Shown: one piece after another, positions 27,070-39,685 of the stretch
How the letters are laid out: each line of letters starts with the position of its first letter
How positions within the stretch are numbered: position 1 is the first letter of the stretch
Source of the DNA: Camelus dromedarius
Lineage: Eukaryota
NCBI RefSeq assembly: GCF_036321535.1
Contig: NC_087436.1
Location: 87,484,001 to 87,548,000, forward strand
DNA length: 64,000 nt
Direction of reading: 5' to 3'
Made by a program: the position numbers and the translations under genes
The notes under the pieces: model-generated
Told to the model about the DNA's origin: nothing
The model's database searches: none
The model's input: only the letters and a program-made list of their open reading frames with translations

Positions 27070-27852
27070 TTCAAAAGTGCAAGATAATCAAATTTTGGAT
27101 TTAGAACAAAATATAGATAGTTATCTCAAGAATTAAAATATATTTAATATATGATATAATAAATATAATATATACATATATGTTAAATACATTTTTTTCA
27201 CTCAAGACTAAAACTGTGCTTAGATTCAATTCCAAAGACAAAGTAAAACAAAAAGATTAAGCCTCCTTTTCAGCTCACTTGGAACAGCAGTTTTTTCCTG
27301 CAAAAATTTTTGAGTAATTACATTTCTAACTCACAGGACCTCCCAGATTTATTCGTAGTAAATATTCTAATACCTGCCACTACGGTACGTCTCTCTCCAT
27401 TCTGAAATCTACTCTAAAAGAAACTACACGGTATCAGACTGTGAGGAATAGTGTGACCTCGTGTCTGTCTTCTGCATGTTCAATAACTCTTCATTCACTT
27501 CTCATGTCTACTTGAAAAGCTGTTTTGTGGCAATAAATCCCCCTTTTCCAAGCAACTGAAGATATTGGGCAAACTGAGGGTGAAAGGATCCAAAATTTAT
27601 ATTTGAAATGCAAAGGTGGAATTTTAAAGTAACTGTTCACTTTTGATTATAGAAATGATATATTTTATAGGTAAAAATTATAAGAGTATCCAAAAATAAA
27701 AATATGGAAAAAAGTCACCTATATTTTGGTCATGAAGGCATGGTTATTTTTAATATTATGGTGTTTTGATTTTCTACTCACATACACATATATAATATAG
27801 ATATACACATATAAATATTAAAAAATATAAATATATTCTCTCTCTCTCTCTC

Positions 27853-28200
27853 CAGTCACCCCTCGATACTGTGGAGGATTGGTTTTGGGTCCCCTGCAAA
27901 TACCGAAATCCAAGGATACTCAAGTCCCTTACATTAAATGACACAGTATTTGCATGTAACTTACATACATCCTTCTATATACTTTAAATCCTCTCTAGAT
28001 TACGTACAATACCTAATAGAATGTAAATGCTGTGAAAATAGTTGTAAATACAATGTCAATGCCATCAGTTATCAGAGTGTGGCAAATTCAAGTCTTACTT
28101 TTTGGACCTTTTTGAAGTGTACTTTTTTTTTTTTTATATTTTCAATCTGAGGTTGGTAGAATCCATGAATGTGGAACCTACAGATACAGAGGGCCAACTC
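27853..28200. mobile_element. MER2-family Tigger MITE
   Basis: cagtcacccctcg...aaatccaaggatactcaagtccctta...gatacagagggccaact with degenerate TIRs. Confidence 0.88.
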
Positions 28201-28684
28201 CGTATGTATATAGAGAGAGACAAGAGAGAAAGAGACTTCTCTGAGAGTAAACTGTCTCTAAAATGTGAGTGTACATAAGAATTCTTAGAAAAGAAACAGT
28301 TCAAAGAAGAAAGGGGAGCCCTAACCAGACGAGTGTTCCTAGGGAGGGCAGCCCTCAGCTGTGCATCCTAAGGTGCATGTGTAGCTGCTGACCCCACATC
28401 ACCTTGGCCTATCTCTGAGTTCACCTTCAGCTACAGGGGACTAGTGAATAGCACACTGACAGCTGCATACCGCAAGCACCATCTCTCTCTGCTTTTTAGT
28501 CTGAGGGCTTTCTCCAGCATCACAGAGTAGCCAGGGTAGCAGGGATGAAGGCCATGCATGTGCCTAAGAGTGTGAGTTTCTTTTCACCAAAGCTGATGTA
28601 GTTACTGCTACTGATGGGTACCCGACCTACCAGGAACCAGACTGATACTGAGCTCTCTTTAAGGAGACCAACCAAACATTTGGT

Positions 28685-29031
28685 GTCTTGAGATGAGAGC
28701 ATCTTGGATTATCTGGGTGGGCTGTAAATCCAACAATAAGGGTTCCAGTTAGAGTGAGGCAGAGGGAATTTTGACACAAAGAGGAGACAGTGATGTGACG
28801 AGAGAAGCAGAGTTTACAGTGATGCAGCCACAAGCCAAGGAATGCCTGCAGCCCCCAGAAGCTGAGAGAGGTCGGTAAGCTTTCTCCCTAGAACTCTTAG
28901 GGAGAAAGAGGCCTTGCTGACACCTTGATTTTGAACTTCTGGCCTCCAGAACTCCGAGACAATAGGTTTCTGTTTTAAGCCGCCTAGGTTGCATTAATTT
29001 GTTAAGGCTGCCACAGGAAATTTAATATACA
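28685..29031 (+). mobile_element. MaLR LTR (MLT1C-like), 5' part missing
   Basis: atgcagccacaagccaaggaatgcctgcagcc...acttctggcctccagaact...aggaaatttaatataca. Confidence 0.85.
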
Positions 29032-29120
29032 AGTGCATCCAATGTTACTGTTACCCAATGTTCTCTCACTTTCTAAAGGAAGGTAGAGATCCAGAATTCT
29101 TTACATGTGAAATCTCCTTG

Positions 29121-29245
29121 TTTTTATTTTTATTTTTCCTTCTTTTTAAAAATACTTTGGTGGGGGAGGTAGTTAGGTTTATTTATTTATTTGTTTATTT
29201 TAATGGAAGTACTGGGATTGAACCCAGGACCTGGTGCATGCTAAG
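29121..29245 (-). mobile_element. Vic-1-like SINE lacking its 5' head
   Basis: Matches the other SINE copies up to ...ggtgcatgctaag; the A-box part is absent. Confidence 0.88.
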
Positions 29246-29250
29246 GTCCT

Positions 29251-29803
29251 ATAGCCAAAACATGGAAACAGCCTAAATGTCCATCAACAGGTGACTGGAT
29301 AAAGAAGAGGTGGTATATTTATACAATGGAATACTACTCAGCCATAAAAACTGACAACATAACACCATTTGCAGCAACATGGATGCTCCTGGAGAATGTC
29401 ATTCTAAGTGAAGTAAGCCAGAAAGAGAAAGAAAAATACCATATGAGATCGCTCATATGTGGAATCTGAAAAACAAAAACAAAAACAAACAAACAAAAAC
29501 AAAGCATAAATACAGGACAGAAATAGACTCATAGACAGAGAATACAGACTTGTGGTTGCCAGGGGGGGTGGAGGGTGGGAAGGGATAGACTAGGATTTCA
29601 AAATTGTAGAATAGATAAACAAGATTATACTGTATAGCACAGGGAAATATACACAAAATGTTATGGTAGCTCACAGAGAAAAAATGTGACAATGAGTGTG
29701 TACATGTCCATGTATGACTGAAAAATTGTGCTGAACACTGGAATTTGACACAACATTGTAAAATGATTATAAATCAATAAAAAAATTTTTAAAAAAATTA
29801 AAA
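29251..29803 (+). mobile_element. Young 5'-truncated L1
   Basis: Near-identical to 63579-64000; continues through the 3'UTR, AATAAA and tail. Confidence 0.95.
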
Positions 29804-30729
29804 GCCATATCCACAAGAGAAAAAAAAAAAACACCAAACCATCCAAACAAAACACATGTGCAAGTCAATTCAGGATCACTGATACAAGTTTGCCATCTTT
29901 CTGCTACGTATTCACGGAGACTTCCCAATGCTCAACCACTCAGTAGTCAACTCTGACTTCATCCAAAAGTCTTTTTTTTTTTTTTTTCTTTATGGGGCTT
30001 GTTCTGGAAATAGGCGAATTGGTTTCTGAAATCACAGATAGAAAAGAGAAACCGTCTTGTTCTTTACATCCATCATGGCTGAACACTGAAAATGAAAAAC
30101 ATTTCAGATCCCCTGTTGGATGCACTTAGGGACATAAACACATTAATTAGCTCTTTTGAACTTGACATGTATCTTTCAACCCAAATCTGTGTCGGAGAGG
30201 GTTGCTAAATTTGGCCTATTCAGACATCTACCCTCACTAAGAATTTGACCAGCAAACACTGGCTTGCAGGCCAATGGCCCCGTCAGAAGAACTCAGCCGT
30301 GAGCCCATCGCAGCCACCGCCTCTCAGCATTCCCAGGGTGTTTTGAATAACTGCTGTTAGATTCATTCCTGTAAGTAGTTTTAATTTGTTGTCTCCTCAT
30401 TAGCATTTTTAGGTTACTAAGCCGTTTTGCCTGGATTCCAGGGTCATTTTAAGAGGAAAAAGCAACTAACCTTTCCCATATTTGGGCTAGGCCTAGCCAG
30501 CAAGAGGCCAGGGCCTCAGTCCCAGTTTGCCACTAAACAGCTGCATGACCTTGGCCAACTCTCTTCACCTCTCTAGTCCTCAATTTCCTGTAGCTGATCT
30601 CTGAATTTCCTTTCCGCATTAAAAATTATTTTGACAGGGTAATTTAATTATGCAGTAAAACCTCCAATCTAGTTCATCTTTCTTCAGACTTAGCCAAGGG
30701 TGGAGAAGGCAGGACGCAGGCTTGGGTTC

Positions 30730-31080
30730 ACTCACCAACTATTCAGTGGGCTTCTACCATATGCCAGACCCTGTGCCAAGTGCTGGGGTTACAAACCCGG
30801 ATAGAACACAGACCCTGCCTCGTGGATCTTGCAGTCTATTGGGAGCTGGGGGTGCAGCTACAAAGAAGTCAGCAAATATGATCTAGCACTGTGTTTGAGG
30901 GCTGCATGGAGCTCAAGGGAAGCCTAGGAAAGGCCATGCAACTCACATAGAAAGAGTCAGGGGAGGGTCATTGAGGAAGCGGTGCTTGCAGAACAGGCAA
31001 GGGTTAGAAAGGCAAAGAAGAGACACCATGGCCCATGCAAAACATAAAGGACTAAAATATTCCCTGGAAAGTGCGTGGGA
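30730..31080 (-). mobile_element. L2 fragment
   Basis: ctaccatatgccagaccctgtgccaagtgctgggg...ccctgcctcgtggatcttgcagtct. Confidence 0.65.
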
Positions 31081-31164
31081 CTCAGACAATGGCCAACAAC
31101 TTTTATCTGAATGAATAAAATGGGACAACAACAACACCTGATCTACATTTTAATTAATTCTTTC

Positions 31165-31595
31165 TTTTTTTATTATTATTTTTATTGAGGTATAGTTGAT
31201 TTACAATGTTGTGTTCGTTTCTAATGTGCAGCATAGTGATTCAGTCATATATTACACATATTCTTTTTCATTATAGGTTATTGCAAGAAATTAACTATAG
31301 TTCCCCGTGCTATACCATAGGGCCTTGCCTTGTGATTTATCTATTTTATACACAGTAGTTTGTATCTGCTAATCCCAAATTTCTAATTTATCCACCTCCC
31401 CTTTCCCCTTTGGTAACCATAAGTTTGTTTTCTATGTCTGTGAATCTGTTTCTGTTTTATAAATAAGTTCATTTGTCTCATTTGTTTAGATTCCACATGT
31501 AAGTGATATCATGTGATATTTGTCTTTCTCTTTCTGACTTAACTTCATTTACTATGATAATCTCTACCCTCATCATGTTACTGCAAATGGCATTA
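31165..31595 (-). mobile_element. 5'-truncated L1, older artiodactyl-type
   Basis: Antisense 3'UTR and ORF2 end; candidate TSD TAATTAATTCTTTC (31151-31164) / TAATTCATTCTTTC (31596-31609). Confidence 0.9.
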
Positions 31596-33534
31596 TAATT
31601 CATTCTTTCAAGGAACAGGATTCTCTAGATGTTGCTAAATAGGTGTGAGCTAACAGTCTTACTACTGAATGCAATCTGGGCAATGTCCATTGCCACAATG
31701 GCTCACAATGGAGAATTTTCATTTCCCACACACCTATTCATATAAAACTTTAAGTTCTTGGGTGCAGAATAGATTCCCTACCATATGCTACCTCTTAAAT
31801 TTTTGTGGCTTCAGGACTCCACCACCCAAGTGTTGAAAGTATTCACAGCTCACAAACAGGAAGTTAAGGATAAGATAAAGCTTTTCAGCTTACCGTAAAA
31901 GACCCAAAATACTGTATTTCTAAGTGAAGAATATGTTCCTTCTAATTTGATAAGGATGAGAATCATAGCAACACACTGTGATTCCTTGTTCCTGAACGTT
32001 CAACTATATAAAACACAAGATCTACAGACAATGACCCCCTAATCTAAAGTAGTTTTACAAGTTATTCCTACAGCTGATACTTCCAAGGCTCAGAGGAATC
32101 AGGCAAAGAAATAAAACTGTAAAAATAGCCAGCACTCAACAGCTCTTCCTAAACCAGTTAAACTGCCACAGAATTGACCTGTGTATAGAAACTCTCTGGA
32201 ACTTCCAATTAAAGGACCTCATCTGACCTTTGGTTTAGGACAAATGTCTTTTCAGGAAAGTCAGCTGTAAGACGGCATTAGCGTCTTGGGAGAAAGAGGA
32301 TTGGAAAATGTACACCATCTATTTTCCTTAAAGAATAAAACCATAACAAATAAGTTAATTTGTGTGCATATTCCCAGCATATTTATGCAACAGCTACTAG
32401 GTCAGTTGAAATATTTTTCATTTTTAAAAAGTCCTGGAGAACTCGATAGGACCTCTTGTGACCTTCTTTCAAATGTTGGAAGCCATACTGCACAAAGGAA
32501 GCAATCACCAACTGGTGAAGGCACAAAAGAATGGAAACAACCACCAGCTAAGCACACACAACAAAAAGCCAAAGGCAGGAAACATCCTAACCTGTGGTCC
32601 TGCTCCCCTTTCCCCACTCCCTGCACCCACTCCAGTTTAGTTTTTGCTTTATCATTGCTGAAGATGGAAATCTGTTATACCAACAATCAGGATGCCTTCT
32701 AGCATGTCTCAAGCGACTCAGATCCTCTTCTTATTAAAATTATTTGGTCTCACTCACTTAGCTCCCTTAGAGAGACTGAAAAGGCGGGGGGCATTAAAAA
32801 TGTATGAAATAACTTGAAGTTTATGCATGTTTTATTGCTGGTATGGTCCATGACTTAAGCTATTTGATTTACAAACCAGGAACACTTGTCAAAAGAACAA
32901 TGGTCTGCAAAACCAAATACTTTTCTCTGAAACAGTCCCTTATCTGCACCAGACTTAATTTGATATGCTTTGAGTCACATTAATTTTGCTTTTATCTGTT
33001 TCTCCTGAGTAGTCATGATTTTATTTACCTTTAAAACTAATCGGTAAAATATGGAAACTTGAGAAAGCAAACATGAATCATGCTCTCATTCCTTGGGTTT
33101 ATATCAGGTAGATCAGGCTGAAGTTAGCTCTCTTTGTCTTCAAGGAAAAGTTTCAAAAATATTACCTCTCCATGCCATTATCTTTAGTTTGAGGGAGCGC
33201 TTTATTCTTTTCCAAGGCAAGTGCAGTGTTCTGGATCCAGGAGTTCTTAAACCCCCAGAAAGAGGTGATAAACATGAAGGACTGAGCTTGTCCTTAACTG
33301 AGGTCCAATGCCTCCCTCCTCTCCAGCCTGAAGGCCACAGGCATTAGGTCCTATTTACTGCCTGTAACCTCCTTCAGGGCGTAACAAAATCTCATTTCTC
33401 TGTGGACCTCCACCACCAGATACATAAAGTAGCAGGAGTTCGATAAACATTTGTTGAATTGGTTAATTTAATGACAAAAAGAACGTAAAAGCCCTAAATA
33501 AATTGAGAACAAAATAAAAATGAAAATTTTAAAA

Positions 33535-33830
33535 ATAATAATAGCTAACATTTATTGAGAGCTGCTAGTGCCAGCCCTTATTTTAAGTACTTAAGCATAT
33601 CTCAACGTGTTAATTTTATACAATAGCCAAAGGAGGTTATTAGTATTATCAATATTAATATTCATTATTATCAATAGTCAGTAGAAGATTCTGCTTCTAT
33701 TCCCCAGTTTCCTGATGAGGGAAATGAGGCACAGATAAGTTAGTAATCTGCCCAAGGTCATGAAACTTATGAGTGATAGATCTGGGAACCACACTCCCAG
33801 GCAATCTATTTCCAGAGTCCATGCAATTAG
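33535..33830 (-). mobile_element. MIR SINE
   Basis: aatagctaacatttattgag...gatgagggaaatgaggcacaga...gcccaaggtca. Confidence 0.8.
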
Positions 33831-34039
33831 CCACCACCATGACTAATTGTCATATATCCAAAGAGTCCCTGGGCTCTACCAACTTTTGCTATAAACTGTT
33901 GTCCAGATGTTGTGGCTCTTTCCCCATCACATTCATCATAAATTCCATTGCCCCATTTTTCAACAGAGAAGTTCTGGGGGCCACCTGAGGCCTCAGGGTG
34001 GCTAGGTGCTCATTATAAGAGTTACACATGTAGAGTACC

Positions 34040-34620
34040 TCCTTTGTGTAAAGTATTTTCTGACATTTAAAGGGGTGTCACAAGAAAAGGGGACTAAATC
34101 TGTTCCATGTTGGTCCAGAGAAGACAACAAGGACTAGTGACAGAAATTACTGGAAGGCTGACATTCACCCTAGTCCTTTATTATTTCAAACACAGAGAAA
34201 AGTTGAAGGAATAATAAAATGAACACCTCTATACTTACTCCATTCAACAATTAACTTTTTGTTATATTTGTTTTATCTACTGTATATAAACTTACATGCT
34301 TTTTTCCTGAGCCATTTTAAAGTTTGTTGCAGATATCAAAATACTTCACCCGTGTTTTTAAAATGCATCTCCAGTAATAGGGCATTCTCCAGCATAACCA
34401 CACCACTATGGTCCACACCTAAGAAAATTAACAATAACTGAGAGGATGGATGTGCTATAATACATAAAGGAATCTGCTCAGAATTAGAGGTCCTCAAAAA
34501 TCAAATATTAAGCGAGTTCTCTGTCCCTGGTAGAATGACTTCTTAACCACCTCTCAAGGAAAACATAGAAAGACTTCACACACCAGGGCATGTTTGAAAT
34601 TCTAGCTCCTTCCTGAGTCT
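34040..34620 (+). mobile_element. CR1/L3 fragment split by an old antisense L1 piece (about 34175-34440)
   Basis: tttaaaggggtgtcac...aaggactagtgacagaaattactggaagg is L3-like; the insert tcaaacacagagaaaagttgaaggaata is old-L1-like. Confidence 0.5.
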
Positions 34621-35170
34621 GAGTTACATAACTAAAGTCCCTTCCTATTATCTTATCCCTGAAAGAGAACAAAATCTAATCCACTTCTCTAGAAATAAGT
34701 GTCTTGTTTCTCCTTCTGCCATCACTCTTAGTGCCTTTTCTCTCGTAATCCCAGCTATCTCCCCACGGGGGCCGCCCAGTCATCCTTCCTGACTCCACTG
34801 CATAATTATTGACTCTTGAAGTTGAAGGATTCCATCAAGGCCTCCTAAAAACAACCTTTGCCCACTGTGCACCCACCTTCCTCACTACCCCAAAACTGAA
34901 TCTTCAGTAGTCCTTCAAAAGTTCCAAGTCCAGCCTGATGCCTGAGTTCTCCTCCTAGAAAGGGAAGTCTAGGTGTGGAGTCCCACCTGGGGTTATAGCT
35001 AGTTGGTCTAAGTGCAAGGAAGGACAACACTGATCTGTGAGCCTAAAATATGTGGTTAAGGATGATCTGAGTCCAGGAATAGTGAAATAGCTAGACAGTG
35101 CAAGTGAAGGAGCCATCCAAACAGACCAGGCTGATAGCCAGGATCCACCATTAGGCAACAAGACAGAAAC

Positions 35171-35635
35171 TGTGTTAGTCAGGATTTTCCAGAGAAATGG
35201 AACAAATAGGAAATGCATATATGAATGAATGAATGAATAAATAATTGTTTGTCTGTTGATTGATTAGAAGGTATTGATTCACACGATCATGGAGGCTGAG
35301 AAGGCCCATGACCTGCCATCTGCAAGCTAGAGACCCAGGGAGGACAGCAGTGTAGTTTGAAGGTCTGAGAGCTAGAAAGCTGATAGTGTAGATTCCAGTA
35401 TGAGTCCGAAGGCTTGAGAACCAGGATCCTTGAGGGCAGGATGAGGCCAAGGTCCAGCTTCAGCAGTCAGGCAGAGAGAGCAAACCCTCCCTTCCTCCAT
35501 CATTTTGTTCTATTCAGGCCCTCGATGGACTGTATAAAGTCATATTGGGGAGGGCCATCTGCTTCACCACTAATTCAAATGCTAATCTCTTCCAGAAACA
35601 TCCTCAGAGATACACCCAGTAATAGCCTTTAATCA
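35171..35635 (-). mobile_element. ERVL LTR (MLT2B-like)
   Basis: tgtgttagtcaggattttccagagaa; atggaggctgagaag...ctgccatctgcaagct; aaatgctaatctcttccagaaaca. Confidence 0.88.
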
Positions 35636-36030
35636 GGCAGCAGCCAGCTATGCAACTGACCTCCCTTCCCCTGGATCCTCCTTCAGCTTTTTCCCCTCCT
35701 GGACCAGTTGTGTGTTTAGCTCCTTGATGCAGGGCGCTGGCTTCTCCTACAAGATACCACATCAGCAACACTGGAAGCAACAAGAAATAACTTGAGTTCC
35801 AGTCAGTCTGCATGGGTTCCAGCTTGTCCTTGCTCTCTCCCACCTGATGTCCATCTCCCCTGCCCAGCCTGCATGCCCTGTGAACTTCAAGCTCATGATC
35901 AGACACAGAAACAGCTCAAGCATAAGACAGGAAGAGACCTCTGATACACAAATAGGAGGTATATACGGTATCTACATACACATACACATGCATGTAGGTC
36001 TGCTTCTCTGATTGAATCCTGACTGACTCA
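35636..36030 (+). mobile_element. Older MLT2-type LTR, probably host of the preceding element
   Basis: Ends ctgcttctctgattgaatcctgactgactca, resembling an MLT2 3' terminus. Confidence 0.55.
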
Positions 36031-36769
36031 GTGCTCAGAGGAGAGTTTCAGGTCCTCCTCTGCTCAATGTCTTCAGGTCACATGAATTTTCCACAAGATT
36101 GTTACCAGCAAACAATTTTATATGCTTCCCTGTCAGGAGAAATGAAAACACTACAACCCAGCCATTTCTAAGCAATTTCTCAAACATCTGCAAGCTGATA
36201 CCTTACATTAAACATTCTATGCCCCATTCCAAGTGGAAAAAGTTCATGATTCTCATGCTATCAGTGTTTCTGTTGTCGTTTTTCTCTCTCCATATAGTGA
36301 AAAGCCACCTATTAGCTATGTGATTTTGAGCAAGTAACTGCAACTCTTTGCACTCCATGCAGCTATAATAGGACTGTTGGGATGATTAAAAATAGTGGAA
36401 GTAAAGACATTTTTACAGTATTCAGTGCAGGGTCATTGTTCCATTGCAGGGAAAAAAGGAGAGAAAGCAAGGAGTCTTGAATTTTGCCTGAAAGAAGGAC
36501 AAATTTTGCCATCTGGAAGAACTGGGATCAAAAAATTGGGCACAGATGCAAAGTAAGAGCTCAGGAATTTTTCCAAATTCACTCTAGGATCTTGGCTAAA
36601 TCAGCTTTGAAAGACCTTTTATTTTAAGAAGGTAAAATGGAGGTAGAGTGACCTACAAATCAGAGGAAGAGTTCTTCAGCTTACTGAGTAATTATGCTTG
36701 AGAGACAGGGGCACCTGCTTCTAGGAGCCATAAGACAACTGTAAGAACTTTACGATGTTGAAAGAGAAG

Positions 36770-37790
36770 GCAATATTTTATTCTTTTAAAAATTATTTTT
36801 GAAATTAATTTTATTGATAGTTTTAAATAGGAACAAATTAACATAGACCAAAAATATATAATGAAAAGCAATCCTCCTTCAACCATTTTCTCTTTCCTCT
36901 ATTACTCATTTCTTATGTGTCCACCCAGAAATAATCTATATGTGTATAAATACATGCATGCATGCATGCACACACACACATGCACACACACATATCATTA
37001 TCCACCAATAGAATATATGTCAAGTAGATACATATGTTTATATACAATTATATATTATGTATTTCATTCTTTATTTTAACGTAGTATATTCTTCTCTACT
37101 TTGCTTTTTATACTTCACAATGTATCCTGGAACTTCTCCATTTCAGTACAAACATGCCTGCCTCATTATTTTTAATGGCTGAATAATAGTCAGTTGTATG
37201 TATGTACCAAAATTGCAATCATTTTTGACTTGTACAATTACATTGCTGCCAATCTGTCACTAGTAAATAATAATGCTGTGAAGAACCCACTTGTACACAT
37301 TATTTCACATATGTGTGACTATCTCTTAGGGTAAATTCCTGGAAAAGGAAGTTGTTGATTCAAAAGACTTATCTGCTATTTATAGACATTGCTAATCTAC
37401 TCTTGTTAGAGATTATATCAGTTTATATTCCCACTATCCAATTCTGTTTCCCTTACACAAACAACACTGTTAGCAAAAATATTGTCTTTACCGATCCAGT
37501 AAAAATAAAATAACTCATGTCATTTCTAAGTGGCATTTCTCTTGTTATGAGTAAAGGTTGGATCTCTTCATATTTAAAGAGTTTTTAAATTTTTTTCTGT
37601 GAATTACCTGTCAACAGGCTTGCCAATTTTCTATTGGTGATTGGTTTTCCTTGTAATGATTTGTAGGAAAACACTTTATGCTAAAGAAAGAAGCCCTCTG
37701 TGATGAATTGTAAATACAGTTGGTCTTTGATCTTCTGACCTCATGGTAGTTTTACCAGGCAGAATTTTTCTAAGCAAGATATAACTTGAC
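36770..37790 (-). mobile_element. Ancient L1 3' region (L1ME-like)
   Basis: cctcattatttttaatggctgaataatag; aatgctgtgaagaac; gtttatattcccact. Confidence 0.75.
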
Positions 37791-39384
37791 ATCCTATTTT
37801 GCTCCTGTAAAGTGTTTATCTATCAAAGCTTCCTGAGGACTCAAAAGATTATTCATGAAAACCTAGATTAAAACTCCCAAATAACATTAATTTAATAAAA
37901 TGTTACTTGGATTTGACCTAAGCTTGAAATCATAGGTGAATAAGTTTCTCCAAAAATGTGTATGTCCAAGGAAAACTTGAAGGATTCCATAAATAACTGC
38001 TCAAGAAATATTAAGAACTGGCCAGTTTGGGACACATAAAAAACTTGAGAATTAGTCTAATTAGATCTTTCTGTTTCAAATATCAGTATTGTTAAGGTAT
38101 CTGAGCTAAATACTGAATCCTAAAATATTAATTTAACAAATGTATTACGATTCTTATTAACATAAAAAAATTAACTGTAGAAGAGTCACAAACTACAAGG
38201 CACACTAGTACTCACAGAGAGAAAACCCCCAAAGCAAAAACCTCCTATCTGCAAGCATTCCGCAAGGCTACCTGCTCCCAGACACACTCCTCACGGGCTC
38301 CAGAGCAGCTTCTGCTGTGAAGCAAAGGGCAAACCACCTCCAGAAACCAGAGCATTTGGCCTATGTGCCATCTCTGATTTCACAAAGGCATCTCAGTGAG
38401 TCTTGTCCCCTGAGATGGGAGGAGAATGGAGTAATTCTGTTCTCCAGTTGTAAAAATCAAGTGCTGTCCCAGAGCCAAACTTAGAGAAGGATACAGGCAG
38501 AGAGATACAGGCAATCAGGGCGAAACAGGAAGGGCAAGAGGATTCCAGAGACTTGGAAGCACCACAGACAAACCCAGCAGGTACTCAGAAAAGAAAAACA
38601 GCGTCTCTCCCTTCTGACCGAGTTCACTGCTATCCTAGGAAGGCAGCCATCCATCCATCATTTAGCAGAGCTCTCTCTTCTGAGCGTTTCCTTGGAGAAG
38701 GGTCACATCCTCAGCTGGGGAGCCCCGGGTCTGCAACCTCAGAGAGCCTGGTGTTGTCACAGATGCTGCTGGTTCCCTTGCTGACCCTGACTTAAGGTCC
38801 CATGAGCACCCCTCGGGGATGACTTCCCTTTGGGTTCTCTTTCCAAGTTCTCTCCATTCCGGTTCCTGAGATGGCCTTTGGATTTGTGGTCTTCCGTTTC
38901 AGTAGCAGAAGGAGATTCTGTCAGTAGGTGCAAGGAAATGTGTTGTGAAAAGGAGCTGCTTTGGACTCCCCTCAGCCAGCAGGAAGCTAGAAAAACCAGT
39001 GTGTGTTTTTTATGGCTTCACTCTGGGTCACTCTAAAATACGAGCCAGAGGGAAAGCAGTGGAGCAGGCTCTTCTCTGGCCAAGGACGGAGGAAATATTC
39101 TAAAATCAATAAATGCAGTTGCCGCATACCATCAGTTCTCACTTTCAATATTTTAAGCAGACTTTCTGCTCTTTTCTTCTCTGCCCACGCATTCAGCTGG
39201 AAAGCACTGCGGACTTCACAGGACAACGAGCATCTGAGAAATATCGAGACTTACGGAAGCGCTAAATTGTGCGGATGCTGTTGATACACTTGGTCTCTAA
39301 AGCCAGCTGTCCGTAGCTACGCCAAAGCCTTGACAAAAACAAGTGGCCGTAGCTGTCACAGCCAGCAGGACCATCAAGAACAGA

Positions 39385-39490
39385 CACCCTTCTTACAGAT
39401 GAGGCAAAGAGGCCAGAGGTGCTTAAGTGTCCTGTTGAGGGTCATTCGGCTGCAAGTGGCAGAGCCAGAATGCTGAGCCAGGTCTTCTAA
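39385..39490 (-). mobile_element. MIR SINE fragment
   Basis: ttacagatgaggcaaagaggccagagg...aagtggcagagccagaa. Confidence 0.7.
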
Positions 39491-39641
39491 CTGGAGATCC
39501 TGTGCTGCTTCCATGATCCACCTATCAAAGGACTGCAGATCCAATGGCACTTGTACCCACGAGCAACTGGCTGTCCAGAGGGTGGGATTCTGTGAAAGGA
39601 TTGCTGTACCCTTCTTTGAGCAAGTCTCAGCAAAAGAAATG

Positions 39642-39683
<42 letters not shown>

Positions 39684-39685
39684 AC
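39642..39685. repeat. Compound (TC)n(CA)n microsatellite
   Basis: Read directly from the sequence. Confidence 0.95.
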
